In this document: in pieces, positions 20,104 to 29,560 of the stretch
Position numbering within the stretch: position 1 is the first letter of the stretch
Layout: each line of letters opens with the position of its first letter
Assembly (NCBI GenBank): GCA_963776695.1
Contig: CAVZNU010000011.1
Span: 164,165-228,164, forward strand
DNA: 64,000 nt
Reading direction: 5' to 3'
Source of the DNA: an uncultured Acidobacteriota bacterium
GTDB taxonomy: Bacteria > Acidobacteriota > Terriglobia > Acidiferrales > UBA7541
Made by a program: the position numbers and the translations under genes
The notes under the pieces: generated by a model
What the model was told of the DNA's origin: nothing
The model's input: only the letters and a program-made list of their open reading frames with translations
Databases searched by the model: none

Positions 20104-21150
20104 ATGCGCTACGCCGATGCCGGCGTCAATATCTCGGTAGCTGACGAAGCCAAGCGGCGCATCGCTGCGCTGGCGAAAAAAACCTTTCGCCGCGGCGTGC
20201 TTGCTCCCATTGGGGGATTCGGCGCGCTTTTCCAACTCGATTGCAAGCGCTGGCGCGATCCGATTCTCGTTGCAAGCTCGGACGGCGTTGGCACAAAGCT
20301 GAAAATCGCATTCGCAACGGGAATCCACTCCACAGTGGGCGCAGATATTTTGAACCACTGCGTGAACGACATTCTGACGCAGGGTGCTGAGCCGCTTTTT
20401 TTCCTCGATTACCTTGCGATGGGAAAATTGGACGCGGAAATTGTCGAGCAGGTGATCGAGGGCATGAGCCGCGCTGCGAAAAGAGCCGGCTGCTCGCTGA
20501 TAGGCGGAGAGACGGCCGAGATGCCGGATTTTTACTCGCCCGGCGAATACGATCTTGCCGGTTTCATCGTCGGCGCTGTGGAACGCAAAGAGCAGCTTGA
20601 TTGCAGGCGCGTGCGGCCTGGCGACGCGCTGATTGCGTTGCCATCAAGCGGACTGCATACGAACGGTTATTCGCTCGCGCGGAAACTTGCGTTTGGCATC
20701 GCGAAGCTCGAGCCGGATACCTACGTTCCAGAGATTAATAACAAGATTGGCGCGGAACTTTTGAAACCACACCGCGCGTACTGGCCGCTGCTGAAAAATA
20801 TTCTCGCGCGCGGTTGGGTCACCTCGATGGCGCACATTACCGGAGGAGGCATCACCGGAAATCTTCCGCGCGCGCTGCCGAAGAACGTGAAAGCGGTTGT
20901 GGAGCTTGGCTCGTTTCCGGTGCTGCCGATTTTTCAGTATTTGGCGAAGGTGGGCAAGATCGAGCGGGACGAGTTGCTGCAGACATTCAATCTCGGCGTG
21001 GGGATGATTCTGGTGGTGCCGGCAAAATTCGTATCGCGCGTGGAATCGGAATTGAAGCGGCGTCGCGAGAAATTTTATTTGATAGGGCGGATTGAAGCGG
21101 CAGCGCGCGGGAAATCGCGCGTGGTTTACGCGGGGAAATTGGGTTTGTAG
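20104..21150 (+). CDS. purM: Phosphoribosylformylglycinamidine cyclo-ligase (AIR synthetase)
   Basis: YADAGVNI...GGFGALF...SSDGVGTKLKIA...DYLAMGKL...GGETAEMP are PurM signatures. Confidence 0.95.
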   Translation: MRYADAGVNISVADEAKRRIAALAKKTFRRGVLAPIGGFGALFQLDCKRWRDPILVASSDGVGTKLKIAFATGIHSTVGADILNHCVNDILTQGAEPLFFLDYLAMGKLDAEIVEQVIEGMSRAAKRAGCSLIGGETAEMPDFYSPGEYDLAGFIVGAVERKEQLDCRRVRPGDALIALPSSGLHTNGYSLARKLAFGIAKLEPDTYVPEINNKIGAELLKPHRAYWPLLKNILARGWVTSMAHITGGGITGNLPRALPKNVKAVVELGSFPVLPIFQYLAKVGKIERDELLQTFNLGVGMILVVPAKFVSRVESELKRRREKFYLIGRIEAAARGKSRVVYAGKLGL

Positions 21151-21259
21151 CAGGGCGTAGAAAGATCCTCCGACTGCGTGCACTTCTGGGAAACAAACTA
21201 GAGCCACAGATGCCCGGCCTTTCGTCGCGACGATGGGAAATGTGAGATGTAGCGCGAGA

Positions 21260-21279
21260 GGGCACGGCATGCCGTGCCC
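21260..21279. repeat. REP palindrome GGGCACGGCATGCCGTGCCC (family 1)
   Basis: Perfect 20-bp palindrome in the purM / DUF4440-gene convergent spacer, flanked by gtag...ctac. Confidence 0.9.
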
Positions 21280-21313
21280 CTACTGTTAAACGTCGCGGCG
21301 GCAGCGATGAATG

Positions 21314-21814
21314 TTATTCGCCGATGTTGTCGATGTCGGCTACGGCTTTCCACGAGCCGTTGGCTTGCTTCTTCCAGACGACTACGTACTTGCCTTTCTC
21401 GTCCTTCACTTTTCCTTTGCTCGCTTCGGACTTTTCATCGTAGGTGCCGTATTCGTATGCTAGATCACCGGAGCGCGCGACTTCGACATAGGTGGTGTCG
21501 AACGTAAGAACGTTGCCGGGAGTTGCGAGTTCTGACTTCCAGGCGAGCTTTATCGCGTCTTTCCCTTTCACCATCGCGCCGTTGTTGACGAAGAAGATCG
21601 CATCGTCCGCGTAGTACGAAGTGGCTTTGTCGAGATCTTTTGCTTCGGAAGCTTTGCTCCAATCAGCGGAGGCTGCGCGGATAGCGGCTTCGTCGGCTTT
21701 GCGAGTGTCCGGCGGCGGCGTTGGCTTTTGCGCAGTTTGCTCGGCGCAGGCGACGGTGATGCTCATCGCGAAGAGCGCGGCGATAAGAAGAAACAAGGAA
21801 CGGAATTGGGACAT
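21314..21814 (-). CDS. Exported SnoaL-like / DUF4440 (NTF2-fold) protein
   Basis: ATG 21814 is preceded by AGGAGG and gives signal peptide MSQFRSLFLLIAALFAMSITVACA. The body (ADEAAIRAASADWSKA...YADDAIFFVNNGAMVKGKDAI...VVWKKQANGSWKAVADI) is typical of DUF4440/SnoaL-like proteins. Confidence 0.8.
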   Translation of the reverse strand: MSQFRSLFLLIAALFAMSITVACAEQTAQKPTPPPDTRKADEAAIRAASADWSKASEAKDLDKATSYYADDAIFFVNNGAMVKGKDAIKLAWKSELATPGNVLTFDTTYVEVARSGDLAYEYGTYDEKSEASKGKVKDEKGKYVVVWKKQANGSWKAVADIDNIGE

Positions 21815-22006
21815 GAACTGCCTCCTGGGACAATGAGCGTTGATGGAGAAGATGCCTTGTGTGTGAGCCCGTGTCAAGAAATCATCCGGAGCGACAGAGT
21901 GAAATGTCGTGCGGTCATATCTCGCGTAGCGGCCTGGTTTGTGCGCGAGCAGTTCAAAAGCTCGCGGAAACTGCGCCGCGAAACGAAAAGGCTTGAGCCC
22001 AGCCCG

Positions 22007-22047
22007 TTATGTCGGAGCTGAAGCTCCGACCCCCTAAAAGACATAAG
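22007..22047. repeat. Family-2-related REP hairpin variant
   Basis: ttatgtcggagctgaagctccgaccccctaaaagacataa contains a perfect 8-bp stem gtcggagc-tgaa-gctccgac (22011-22030). It has the same tgYcgg..ctgaagc..cg frame as the other family-2 copies. Confidence 0.6.
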
Positions 22048-22134
22048 CGCTGAATCCTCGGGGCGCAAGTTGGACGACCCTACACTGTTGCGGCGTAGTT
22101 TTGAGCGATGGGGGAACTATGCTAATTTCCTGCG

Positions 22135-22785
22135 GTGACGAAGAAACGCATCGGCGTGCTGCTATCGGGGCGCGGGTCGAACTTCGAGGCGCTGGCGGAC
22201 AGCGTCGCTGCCGGACGCATTCCCAATGCGGAGATTGCGATTGTCATCAGCAACCGGGAGAACGCGCCGGGGCTCGAGAAGGCGCGCGCGCGCGGAATTC
22301 CGGCGCTGGCGATCCCGTCGCGCGGGCTTGAGCGCGAAGCGTATGACAAGCTTGTGCTCGCGGCGCTCGCTGACAAGAAAGTTGACCTCGTTTGTCTCGC
22401 GGGCTACATGCGGCTTTTGAGCCCGGCATTCGTTGCGGCGTTTCGGAATCGCATCCTGAATATTCACCCGTCGCTGCTGCCTGCGTTTCCGGGACTCGAA
22501 TCGCAGCGGCAGGCGCTCGAACACGGCGCGAAGTTTTCCGGCTGCACGGTACACTTTGTGGACGAAAATCTTGACGCCGGCCCGATCATCTTGCAAGCGG
22601 CGGTGCCGATCCAGGACGACGACACGGCAGAAACACTTTCCGAGCGCGTGTTGCGCGAAGAGCATCGAATCTACACCGAAGCGGTGCGAATTATTCTGGA
22701 AGGGCGCTACCGAATAGATGGGCGGCGCGTGCTGGTCGATTCTCAAAATGATCGGAATTCTCAGAACGTTCCGGAGAAAAAATAG
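22135..22785 (+). CDS. purN: Phosphoribosylglycinamide formyltransferase
   Basis: IGVLLSGRGSNFEAL, AGYMRLL, NIHPSLLPAFPG and SGCTVHFVDENLDAGPII are PurN motifs. Confidence 0.95.
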   Translation: MTKKRIGVLLSGRGSNFEALADSVAAGRIPNAEIAIVISNRENAPGLEKARARGIPALAIPSRGLEREAYDKLVLAALADKKVDLVCLAGYMRLLSPAFVAAFRNRILNIHPSLLPAFPGLESQRQALEHGAKFSGCTVHFVDENLDAGPIILQAAVPIQDDDTAETLSERVLREEHRIYTEAVRIILEGRYRIDGRRVLVDSQNDRNSQNVPEKK

Positions 22786-24017
22786 TGGCTTCTGCGAAGT
22801 TTAAGCCGGTTGACGAGCAGTTCGCGTATTTGCGGAAAGGCGTGGCGGAAATTATCCGCGAAGACGAGCTGAAGGCGAAGCTCGAGAAGTCCGCGAAGGA
22901 AGAGAAGCCGCTGCGCGTGTATCTCGGCGTGGACCCAACCGCGCCGGACATTCATCTGGGTCACACGGTGGTGCTGCGAAAGCTGAAGCAATTTCAGGAT
23001 ATGGGCCACACGGCGATTTTCCTGATTGGCGATTTTTCCGCGATGATCGGCGATCCTACCGGCCAATCCGAAACGCGGCCACCGCTTTCGCGCGAGCAGG
23101 TGGACGCAAACGCGAAGACGTACCTCGAGCAGGTGTTCAAAATCCTTAATCGCGATAAAACGGAAGTTCGGTACAACAGCGAGTGGCTGGGAAAACTTTC
23201 GAGCTTCGAGATCGTTCAGCTATGCGGAAAATATCGCCTGGCGCGCATGCTCGAGCGGGAGGATTTCCGCTCGCGCCTGGAAAAAAATCTGCCGATTTCG
23301 GTGCATGAACTTTTGTATCCGTTGCTGACAGCTTTGGATGCGGTGGCGCTGAAATCGGATGTGGAACTGGGCGCCACCGAACAGAAATTCAATCTGTTGG
23401 TACACCGCGACATCCAGCGCGAATACGGATTGCCGGGAGAAGTGGTGATCACGATGCCGATCCTGGTGGGGCTCGACGGCGAGCGCAAGATGTCGAAAAG
23501 TCTGGGAAATTACGTGGGCATCACTGAGGCGCCGGGTGAAATGTTCGGGAAGCTGATGTCGATTTCGGACGAGCAGATGTGGACGTACTACGAATCGCTG
23601 ACGGATTTTGCGTCACCAGTGATTGTGCGGTTGAAAGAGGAAGTGCGGACCGGCGCGCTGCATCCGAAGGAAGCAAAGATGCAGCTGGCGCACATAATCG
23701 TTGCTGGATTTCACGGCGAGGAGCCTGCGAAGAAAGCGAAGGAGGAGTTTCAGCGGGTGTTCAGCGAGCGAAAGCTGCCTTCGGAGATTCGTGAACACAT
23801 TGTTTCCGCGGAAGGGAATATGAAGCTCGCGAAACTTCTTGTGCGAGACGCGGGGGTGGCCTCGCGAGCTGAAGCCGACCGGTTGATCAAACAAGGGGCG
23901 GTTGAGGTGGATGGCAAACCGATCAGTGATGTCTCGTACGAGATCGATCTATCTCCGGCGAACAAGTTTCTTGTGCGTGTTGGAAAAAAACCTCCGTTTT
24001 ACGTTGTCGTGAAGTGA
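22785..24017 (+). CDS. tyrS: Tyrosine--tRNA ligase
   Basis: HIGH-type motif (PDIHLGH), KMSKS present verbatim, and a C-terminal S4-like domain (RLIKQGAVEVDG). The GTG start overlaps the purN stop by 1 nt. Confidence 0.95.
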   Translation: MASAKFKPVDEQFAYLRKGVAEIIREDELKAKLEKSAKEEKPLRVYLGVDPTAPDIHLGHTVVLRKLKQFQDMGHTAIFLIGDFSAMIGDPTGQSETRPPLSREQVDANAKTYLEQVFKILNRDKTEVRYNSEWLGKLSSFEIVQLCGKYRLARMLEREDFRSRLEKNLPISVHELLYPLLTALDAVALKSDVELGATEQKFNLLVHRDIQREYGLPGEVVITMPILVGLDGERKMSKSLGNYVGITEAPGEMFGKLMSISDEQMWTYYESLTDFASPVIVRLKEEVRTGALHPKEAKMQLAHIIVAGFHGEEPAKKAKEEFQRVFSERKLPSEIREHIVSAEGNMKLAKLLVRDAGVASRAEADRLIKQGAVEVDGKPISDVSYEIDLSPANKFLVRVGKKPPFYVVVK

Positions 24018-24067
24018 GCGCCGCTAGCTGACACCTTTCCTTCCAACTGAAGAACTAAAGAGCCTAG

Positions 24068-24087
24068 GGGCACGGCATGCCGTGCCC
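24068..24087. repeat. REP palindrome GGGCACGGCATGCCGTGCCC (family 1)
   Basis: Perfect 20-bp palindrome downstream of tyrS. Confidence 0.9.
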
Positions 24088-24174
24088 GGTGCAAATGGTG
24101 CCACGCACGAAGCGGTATGGCGATCACGTTTCCCGGAGCGGTTGGATCTATTTTCGGTGCTATGCGAATGGAAA

Positions 24175-24220
24175 TCCCAAGTCAACACCTGCCGGTCTGA
24201 AGCCCGGCGCTACAAAAGCA
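24175..24220. repeat. Family-2 REP half-copy
   Basis: cccaagtcaacacctgccggtctgaagcccggcgctacaaaagc matches the 10.5-kb units almost exactly. Confidence 0.85.
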
Positions 24221-24277
24221 CAAACGGACGCGCGGCAAGTTTCGTGCCGGATGTTGTGAGCGCGATTGCGCTGCAGC

Positions 24278-24297
24278 GGGCACGGCATGCCGTGCCC
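24278..24297. repeat. REP palindrome GGGCACGGCATGCCGTGCCC (family 1)
   Basis: Third perfect copy of the 20-bp palindrome, 210 bp from the copy at 24068. Confidence 0.9.
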
Positions 24298-24314
24298 CTA
24301 CGGAAAATCAGATG

Positions 24315-24764
24315 TCAGCGGCGTTCGGCGAGGTGTTGCAGGCGGTCGAGCCAGGCGCGATCGCGCTGGCCGACTGCGAAGTGAGTGAAAACTTTGTCGA
24401 AGATTCGTCCGAATAGGTCGGGCAGCCGATAGGAGTCGCGCATCTGGAGGCGCGTTCCGGTTGGTGTTGGCGTGAGTTCCCACCTTTGCATGCCGCGCAC
24501 GCCGTAGGAATCCTGGAATTGCCACTCGAGCAGGCGTTCCCATTCATAGGCGGTGATGACGACCGTGAGCGCGACTTCCCAATTGCCGAGATCGCCTGTG
24601 ATCCGCAATTTCTGGCCCGCCGCGAAATCGGATGCGCCGCCCTGCACTTCGAAGTGGGAATTCATCTCGATGCCGTACCATAGAGGCATTCGCTGCGGAA
24701 CAAAAAACACGAAGACTTCGTTGGGAGCGACGGTAAATTCTCGCAAGAATTCTAAATTTGCCAT
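24315..24764 (-). CDS. SRPBCC-superfamily (polyketide cyclase/dehydrase-like) protein
   Basis: Start moved to ATG 24764 (MANLEFLREFTVAPNEVFVFF). The size (149 aa) and beta-rich pattern with a terminal helix resemble SRPBCC ligand-binding proteins. This is a motif-level call only. Confidence 0.65.
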   Translation of the reverse strand: MANLEFLREFTVAPNEVFVFFVPQRMPLWYGIEMNSHFEVQGGASDFAAGQKLRITGDLGNWEVALTVVITAYEWERLLEWQFQDSYGVRGMQRWELTPTPTGTRLQMRDSYRLPDLFGRIFDKVFTHFAVGQRDRAWLDRLQHLAERR

Positions 24765-25081
24765 CGGTGGTGTGGCTTGTCCTAGTCTCGGCGCGGATAA
24801 ATCAAAGACTCGCGGAAAGGGCACCGCGAAAGGAAGGCGCGGCGCGCCCGATTCTGTTCCCAGCGCTCACGCGCTGGGCTAACTTTTTTCGCGCCTACGG
24901 CGCTGATTCGGTGATGCGCTGATGCGCCTTCCCGTCGTCGGTGATCCGCTGATGCGCATTTCCTTCGGATGAGAATGGGCGTCGCGAAGTGAGTGATCTC
25001 GCGAAGCGGCGGAGCAAGCGAGAACCTTCGGTGATCCGCCGCGGCGGATTCGCTCAACATGACGCGATGCTGGTCGCATCG

Positions 25082-26236
25082 TCAGTGAACATCAACCAGC
25101 ACGAGCGAAACATCGTCGGACGCCGGTCCCTCGCGCCACTCGGCAACGCGGTCGAGAATCCCCTGCTTCATTTGCCTGAACGGCAGCAAAGCGGTTTCGC
25201 GCACGAATTTCTGCACGCCTTCCACACCCAGCATCTCGCCATTCAAGTCGAAGACGTCGGTAATGCCGTCGGTGTAGAGCACGATGCGGTCGCCAGGCAA
25301 GAGGTCTACGTCGAGAGTGGCTTCGCTGTCGACGGCGTTTGGCAGCGCTCCGAGAACCATGCTGCGCGATTCCAGAAGCCTGGGTTCTTCACCGGGCTGG
25401 ACGATCATGGCGGGCGGATGGCCGGCACCGGCAAAAACCATCCTTCTGGCGCTGCGGTCGACGCGAGCCGCGGCCAACGTGAAAAAGAAAACCGAGCTTC
25501 CGAGATTGTTCATGACGAAATGATTCAGCTGGGTGAGCATATCTCCAAGGGGAATCCCATTGCGCAAATGCGTGATCGCTTCGGAATAAATGCGATTGGC
25601 GACGAGCGCCGAGCCGATACCGTGGCCGGAGACATCGCAAACAAGAAGATTCAAGTGATCGTTATCGAGCGAGCTGACGAGTCCGAAATCGCCGCCGATG
25701 GTTCGCACCGGATGATAGAACGCTTCCACTTCGAGGCTGCCCCAGGTGAGCGACTTCGGGGCAAGACTTTGTTGCACGCGGGCGGCAAGGGTGAGATCGT
25801 CTTCGATTTCTTTCTGGCGCTCTTCGAGAAGTTTGTTCGCCGCGCGAAGCTGTTCTTCGGCGCTCTTCTGCTCGGAAATGTCGGTAAAGCTGACGATCGT
25901 GAAGGTCCGCCCATCGGGATCTTCCATATTTCGCGCGCTGGAGACCACAGGGAGCCTGGCGCCGCCTTTGGTTGGCAGAAAAAATTCGTGACGAGCGCGG
26001 CCCGTCATCCGGACTTCTCTGCGCCGCTCCTGTATAAGCGCCGCATCTTCTGGCCCGTAGTAAAGAAGGAGCGGGTCCTGGCCTAAGACCTCGTCGCGAG
26101 GCACGCCCGTCATTTCCTCGAAGCAGGAGTTGACGAAAATGACGTGCTCGCAATCGTCGATAATGACCACACCCTCGTTCAACGTCTCGAGGATGCCTGC
26201 CATCTGCTCCAACCATTCGGGCTGCTCGAATTCCAC
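25082..26236 (-). CDS. PAS-domain SpoIIE/PP2C-family protein phosphatase (RsbU-like)
   Basis: N-terminal PAS (LNEGVVIIDDCEHVIFVNSCFEEMTGVPRDEVLGQD), a coiled-coil linker, then PP2C motifs (IGGDFG, VCDVSGHGIGSAL, AGAGHPP, LYTDGITD). Confidence 0.9.
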   Translation of the reverse strand: MEFEQPEWLEQMAGILETLNEGVVIIDDCEHVIFVNSCFEEMTGVPRDEVLGQDPLLLYYGPEDAALIQERRREVRMTGRARHEFFLPTKGGARLPVVSSARNMEDPDGRTFTIVSFTDISEQKSAEEQLRAANKLLEERQKEIEDDLTLAARVQQSLAPKSLTWGSLEVEAFYHPVRTIGGDFGLVSSLDNDHLNLLVCDVSGHGIGSALVANRIYSEAITHLRNGIPLGDMLTQLNHFVMNNLGSSVFFFTLAAARVDRSARRMVFAGAGHPPAMIVQPGEEPRLLESRSMVLGALPNAVDSEATLDVDLLPGDRIVLYTDGITDVFDLNGEMLGVEGVQKFVRETALLPFRQMKQGILDRVAEWREGPASDDVSLVLVDVH

Positions 26237-26425
26237 GGAAGTCCTTCTAGCGCCGATTCGCCGGCGTGGGCACGTATCTTACCTAATCGTGGCGCGAGCG
26301 CCAAAGCATCTAGTGGATTGGATTCGCGTGGCGGGGTTACGGCTGCAAAGATTTCCGAACTAAAGTAAGGTAGTGAAGCGTACCGGGGAAGGGAGGACGC
26401 GCGGCTATTTCTGACGCGTGAAAGA

Positions 26426-27775
26426 ATGACCACCAACGGAAACCGCGTTCCGCCGGGCCCGAAGGGCTTGCCCGTGCTGGGCATGGCTCTGGAGCTTCTG
26501 CGCGACCCCCTGACGCTCATGCGCAGCGTAGCGCGCGAGTATGGCGACGTGGTCCGCATCCCCGTGGTTCTGCAAAGCCGCATCCTGGTGAACCGTCCCG
26601 AATTCATTCAGCAGGTGCTCCTCTTTCAGCAGAGCAAATTTCACAAGAGCACGCTGACCAAAGAAACCACAGAGCGCCTGCTGGGGCAGGGCCTGTTGAT
26701 CAGCGAAGGCGATTTCTGGCGCCGCCAGCGGAGGCTCGCCCAGCCGGCGTTCCATCGCCAGCGGATCAACGAATACGCGCCGACGATGATCGAGTGCGCG
26801 GAAATGAAGATGCGGGACTGGCGCGACGGCGACACGCGAAACATGGCGGAAGAAATGATGGAGCTGACGCTCGAAGCCGCGGTGCGCACGCTCTTCGGCA
26901 CCACCCTTCCTGGCGAAGCGCAGCAAGTGGGTCGCGCGATGACTTTTCTGATGCGCTATTCGTTGCGCCGCGCGCGGTCGCCGTTCCGGATTCCGGCGAA
27001 CTGGCCAACACCCAAGAACCGGCACGCTACGAAAGAGTTCGATTTCCTCGATTCGCTCGTTTACCGAATCATCGACGAGCGCAAAGCGCAGGGAAATTCG
27101 AACCGGCAGAGCGATTTGCTCTCGATGCTGATGGGAGCGATGGACGAGGACGGCACGCAGATGACTCCGCGCCAGTTGCGCGATGAAATCATGACGCTTT
27201 TTCTCGCCGGCCACGAGACGACGGCGCTCACGCTTTCCTGGACATGGTTTTTGCTCAGCCAGAATCCCGCTGCGGAAGCGCGGCTGCACGAAGAACTCAA
27301 TGGCGTGCTCGACGGCCGCCCGCCCAGTGTAGCGGATATGGAGAAGCTGCCATATTTGCACGCGGTGATTAGCGAAGTGCTGCGGATGTATCCGCCGGCG
27401 TACATCATGGCGCGCACGTCGATTGCGCCATGCACGATTGGAGGCTACGAATTTCCGGTGGGCTCAACGATTCTTGTTTCGCAGTGGGTGATGCACCGCG
27501 ATACGCGTTACTACGATGATCCCGACACGTTTCGCCCCGAGCGCTGGATCGAAGGCTTGGCCGCGCGTCTGCCGGCAGGCGCATACTTTCCGTTCGGGGA
27601 TGGTCCGCGGCGTTGCATCGGGCAGGGGTTTGCGCTGCTGGAATCGGCGCTTGTGATTGCCGCGATCGCACAGAAGTTTCGCTTCGAGCTTGTACCGGGC
27701 ACCGTGGTGGTGCCGGAGCCGCTCGTCACGCTGCGGCCGAAGAACGGCATCCGCATGAAGTTTCACGCACGATGA
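26426..27775 (+). CDS. Cytochrome P450
   Basis: Heme-thiolate loop FPFGDGPRRCIGQGFA, EXXR (ISEVLRMYPP) and I-helix LAGHETTA. Confidence 0.95.
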   Translation: MTTNGNRVPPGPKGLPVLGMALELLRDPLTLMRSVAREYGDVVRIPVVLQSRILVNRPEFIQQVLLFQQSKFHKSTLTKETTERLLGQGLLISEGDFWRRQRRLAQPAFHRQRINEYAPTMIECAEMKMRDWRDGDTRNMAEEMMELTLEAAVRTLFGTTLPGEAQQVGRAMTFLMRYSLRRARSPFRIPANWPTPKNRHATKEFDFLDSLVYRIIDERKAQGNSNRQSDLLSMLMGAMDEDGTQMTPRQLRDEIMTLFLAGHETTALTLSWTWFLLSQNPAAEARLHEELNGVLDGRPPSVADMEKLPYLHAVISEVLRMYPPAYIMARTSIAPCTIGGYEFPVGSTILVSQWVMHRDTRYYDDPDTFRPERWIEGLAARLPAGAYFPFGDGPRRCIGQGFALLESALVIAAIAQKFRFELVPGTVVVPEPLVTLRPKNGIRMKFHAR

Positions 27776-27867
27776 AACGACAGCGAACAAGCTAAAGCCT
27801 GTTCCACGTGAGGCGCTCGGGGTAAATGAACCGAGCCGCGGGAATTGGGTTGCTGACGGTAGTGGTT

Positions 27868-27912
27868 GAGATCCTTCACCCATCCTGGTCGGATGGGTTC
27901 AGGATGACAAGG
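27868..27912. repeat. REP-like element (family 3) with hairpin, downstream of the P450 gene
   Basis: gagatccttc-acccatcctggtcggatgggt-tcaggatgacaagg. The inner 8-bp stem is acccatcc/ggatgggt (27878-27898). The flanks are identical to a sequence inside purL (17308-17338). Confidence 0.7.
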
Positions 27913-27943
27913 TTTGATGAAAACGTGTAATGGGTTCTCTGTC

Positions 27944-29323
27944 CTACTTCACGAACTCCGGTTGCTCGCCTTTCGACCACGGATCGTAGGAAAGGCTGTA
28001 GCGAACGCGATCCGGAATTGCGGGATGGTCGTAGAAAAGAAAAATGTCGACGGGATTCGGATTCGGATCGGCCAAATCCACTTCTCCCAGAATTTGAAAC
28101 GACTGCGCTCCAATCTGGCTTGAGTCCGGCGTCAATCCGTGCGTCACTTCGAGCCCGTACTGATCCGCCTGGTGCTCGAGATAGCGGCTAAATCCGCTCC
28201 CAATCGGTGACGTGATAAAAAATAGAACTGTAAGCATCAGCAACAAAGCCGGTAGCGAAGCGTAATCGTCGATGCCGCGAATACCCCACCCGCTGCCCCA
28301 GCGAGCGAGCGCCGATCCGATCAAATGAAACACGAGGTAGTAAAAAATGAACAGCAGCACCCCGAAGAACGCGATGCCTTTCCACACATGATTCAGGACG
28401 TAATGCCCCATCTCGTGTCCCGCGACAAACACGATTTGCGGCGTCGTCATTTTCGCGATCGTGTTGTCCCAAACCACCACGCGCTTCGTCGCGCCCAGGC
28501 CGGTGACGTAGGCGTTCAGCTCGGTTACTTTGGCGCTCGCGCCCATCCAGAACATCCGCTCGGGAGGTATGTCTTGCCCCGCCCGCTGCACCATTTTCTC
28601 GAGGCTCACCGTCAGCGCAGGATCTTTCTGCGCGAGCGGCTCGAATTTATTGAATAGCGGATCGATTACGACGGGCGTCAGGAAAAATAGAAAAATTCCC
28701 AGTGCGAGCGATACCGCCCAGAAATAAAACCAGTAGCCTCGCGGGCTCTTCCGGATCACGGCATACAAAATCCAGACGAGAATTGTTGCTATAACGAAGC
28801 CAATCAGTTCTCCCTTCGTCCAATCCCAGAGCCACGACCCCCACCCTTGAATACTCAGCCCGTACTTCATCACTATCCAGTGGCGGGCAATTCCGGGAGG
28901 CAGCGAGAGGAAGTCGAACGTAAAGAAGAAAAGGGGCGCGAAGATCAAGGCTTGGAGAAATCGCGCGGATGTTGTCTTCTCGGCCCAGTCTCGGAATTTC
29001 GGCGCCAGCTTCCATTTCAGTATCAGCAGCAGGATAATCACGGAGTACACGAACGTGACGATCTGGCCCCAGAACGCGATTTTTCCTAAATTGTGCGCCT
29101 TGCGGGAAAGGTCGGGCGGTAACGTGTACGCGGTGACCTTCTTTTCTGCGACCGTCGATGACGGAGCGGCGGCAGTTGCGGCAGGCGCACCTGTTTCTTG
29201 TGAGGCCGGGTTTTGCGGCTGCGCGAGCAATAGAGAACTTGCCTGCGCACGGCCAACTGCGAAACACGCACCAAACGACACAGCCAGGCCGATCACTGCA
29301 TATCGCAACCAATTGGATTTCAT
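27944..29323 (-). CDS. M48-family (Ste24/HtpX-like) zinc metallopeptidase, membrane-bound
   Basis: HEMGH zinc motif (VFVAGHEMGHYVLNH) and multiple TM helices. Start moved to ATG 29323 (MKSNWLRYAVIGLAVSFGACFAV) with GAGGAA upstream. Track start is 29416. Confidence 0.85.
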   Translation of the reverse strand: MKSNWLRYAVIGLAVSFGACFAVGRAQASSLLLAQPQNPASQETGAPAATAAAPSSTVAEKKVTAYTLPPDLSRKAHNLGKIAFWGQIVTFVYSVIILLLILKWKLAPKFRDWAEKTTSARFLQALIFAPLFFFTFDFLSLPPGIARHWIVMKYGLSIQGWGSWLWDWTKGELIGFVIATILVWILYAVIRKSPRGYWFYFWAVSLALGIFLFFLTPVVIDPLFNKFEPLAQKDPALTVSLEKMVQRAGQDIPPERMFWMGASAKVTELNAYVTGLGATKRVVVWDNTIAKMTTPQIVFVAGHEMGHYVLNHVWKGIAFFGVLLFIFYYLVFHLIGSALARWGSGWGIRGIDDYASLPALLLMLTVLFFITSPIGSGFSRYLEHQADQYGLEVTHGLTPDSSQIGAQSFQILGEVDLADPNPNPVDIFLFYDHPAIPDRVRYSLSYDPWSKGEQPEFVK

Positions 29324-29560
29324 CCTGGTTCCTCGATTGGAAAACGCAGCTGCCGCCCTCGGTCGCCGCTGAATTTTTTGCGCGGCCAGTATGCATGGCC
29401 CACTACCCGGGTGCAAGCCGTCGCTAACGCGCCCAACCGATGCGACCTGCCAGAAGGTACAGGTTGCCTTTTTGGGTGCCGAGCGGAACGCCGTTTGCCG
29501 CAGGAGCAGTGCCGCGACTACTATAGTCGAACGGTAATCTTTCGATTCGGGAGAGCTGCG

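Noticed and set aside
24859-24889. Plus-strand hairpin plus T6 as a bona fide terminator.
   Set aside because: No plus-strand gene ends nearby, and the T-run is separated from the stem by 5 nt. It is reported only as a low-interest observation.
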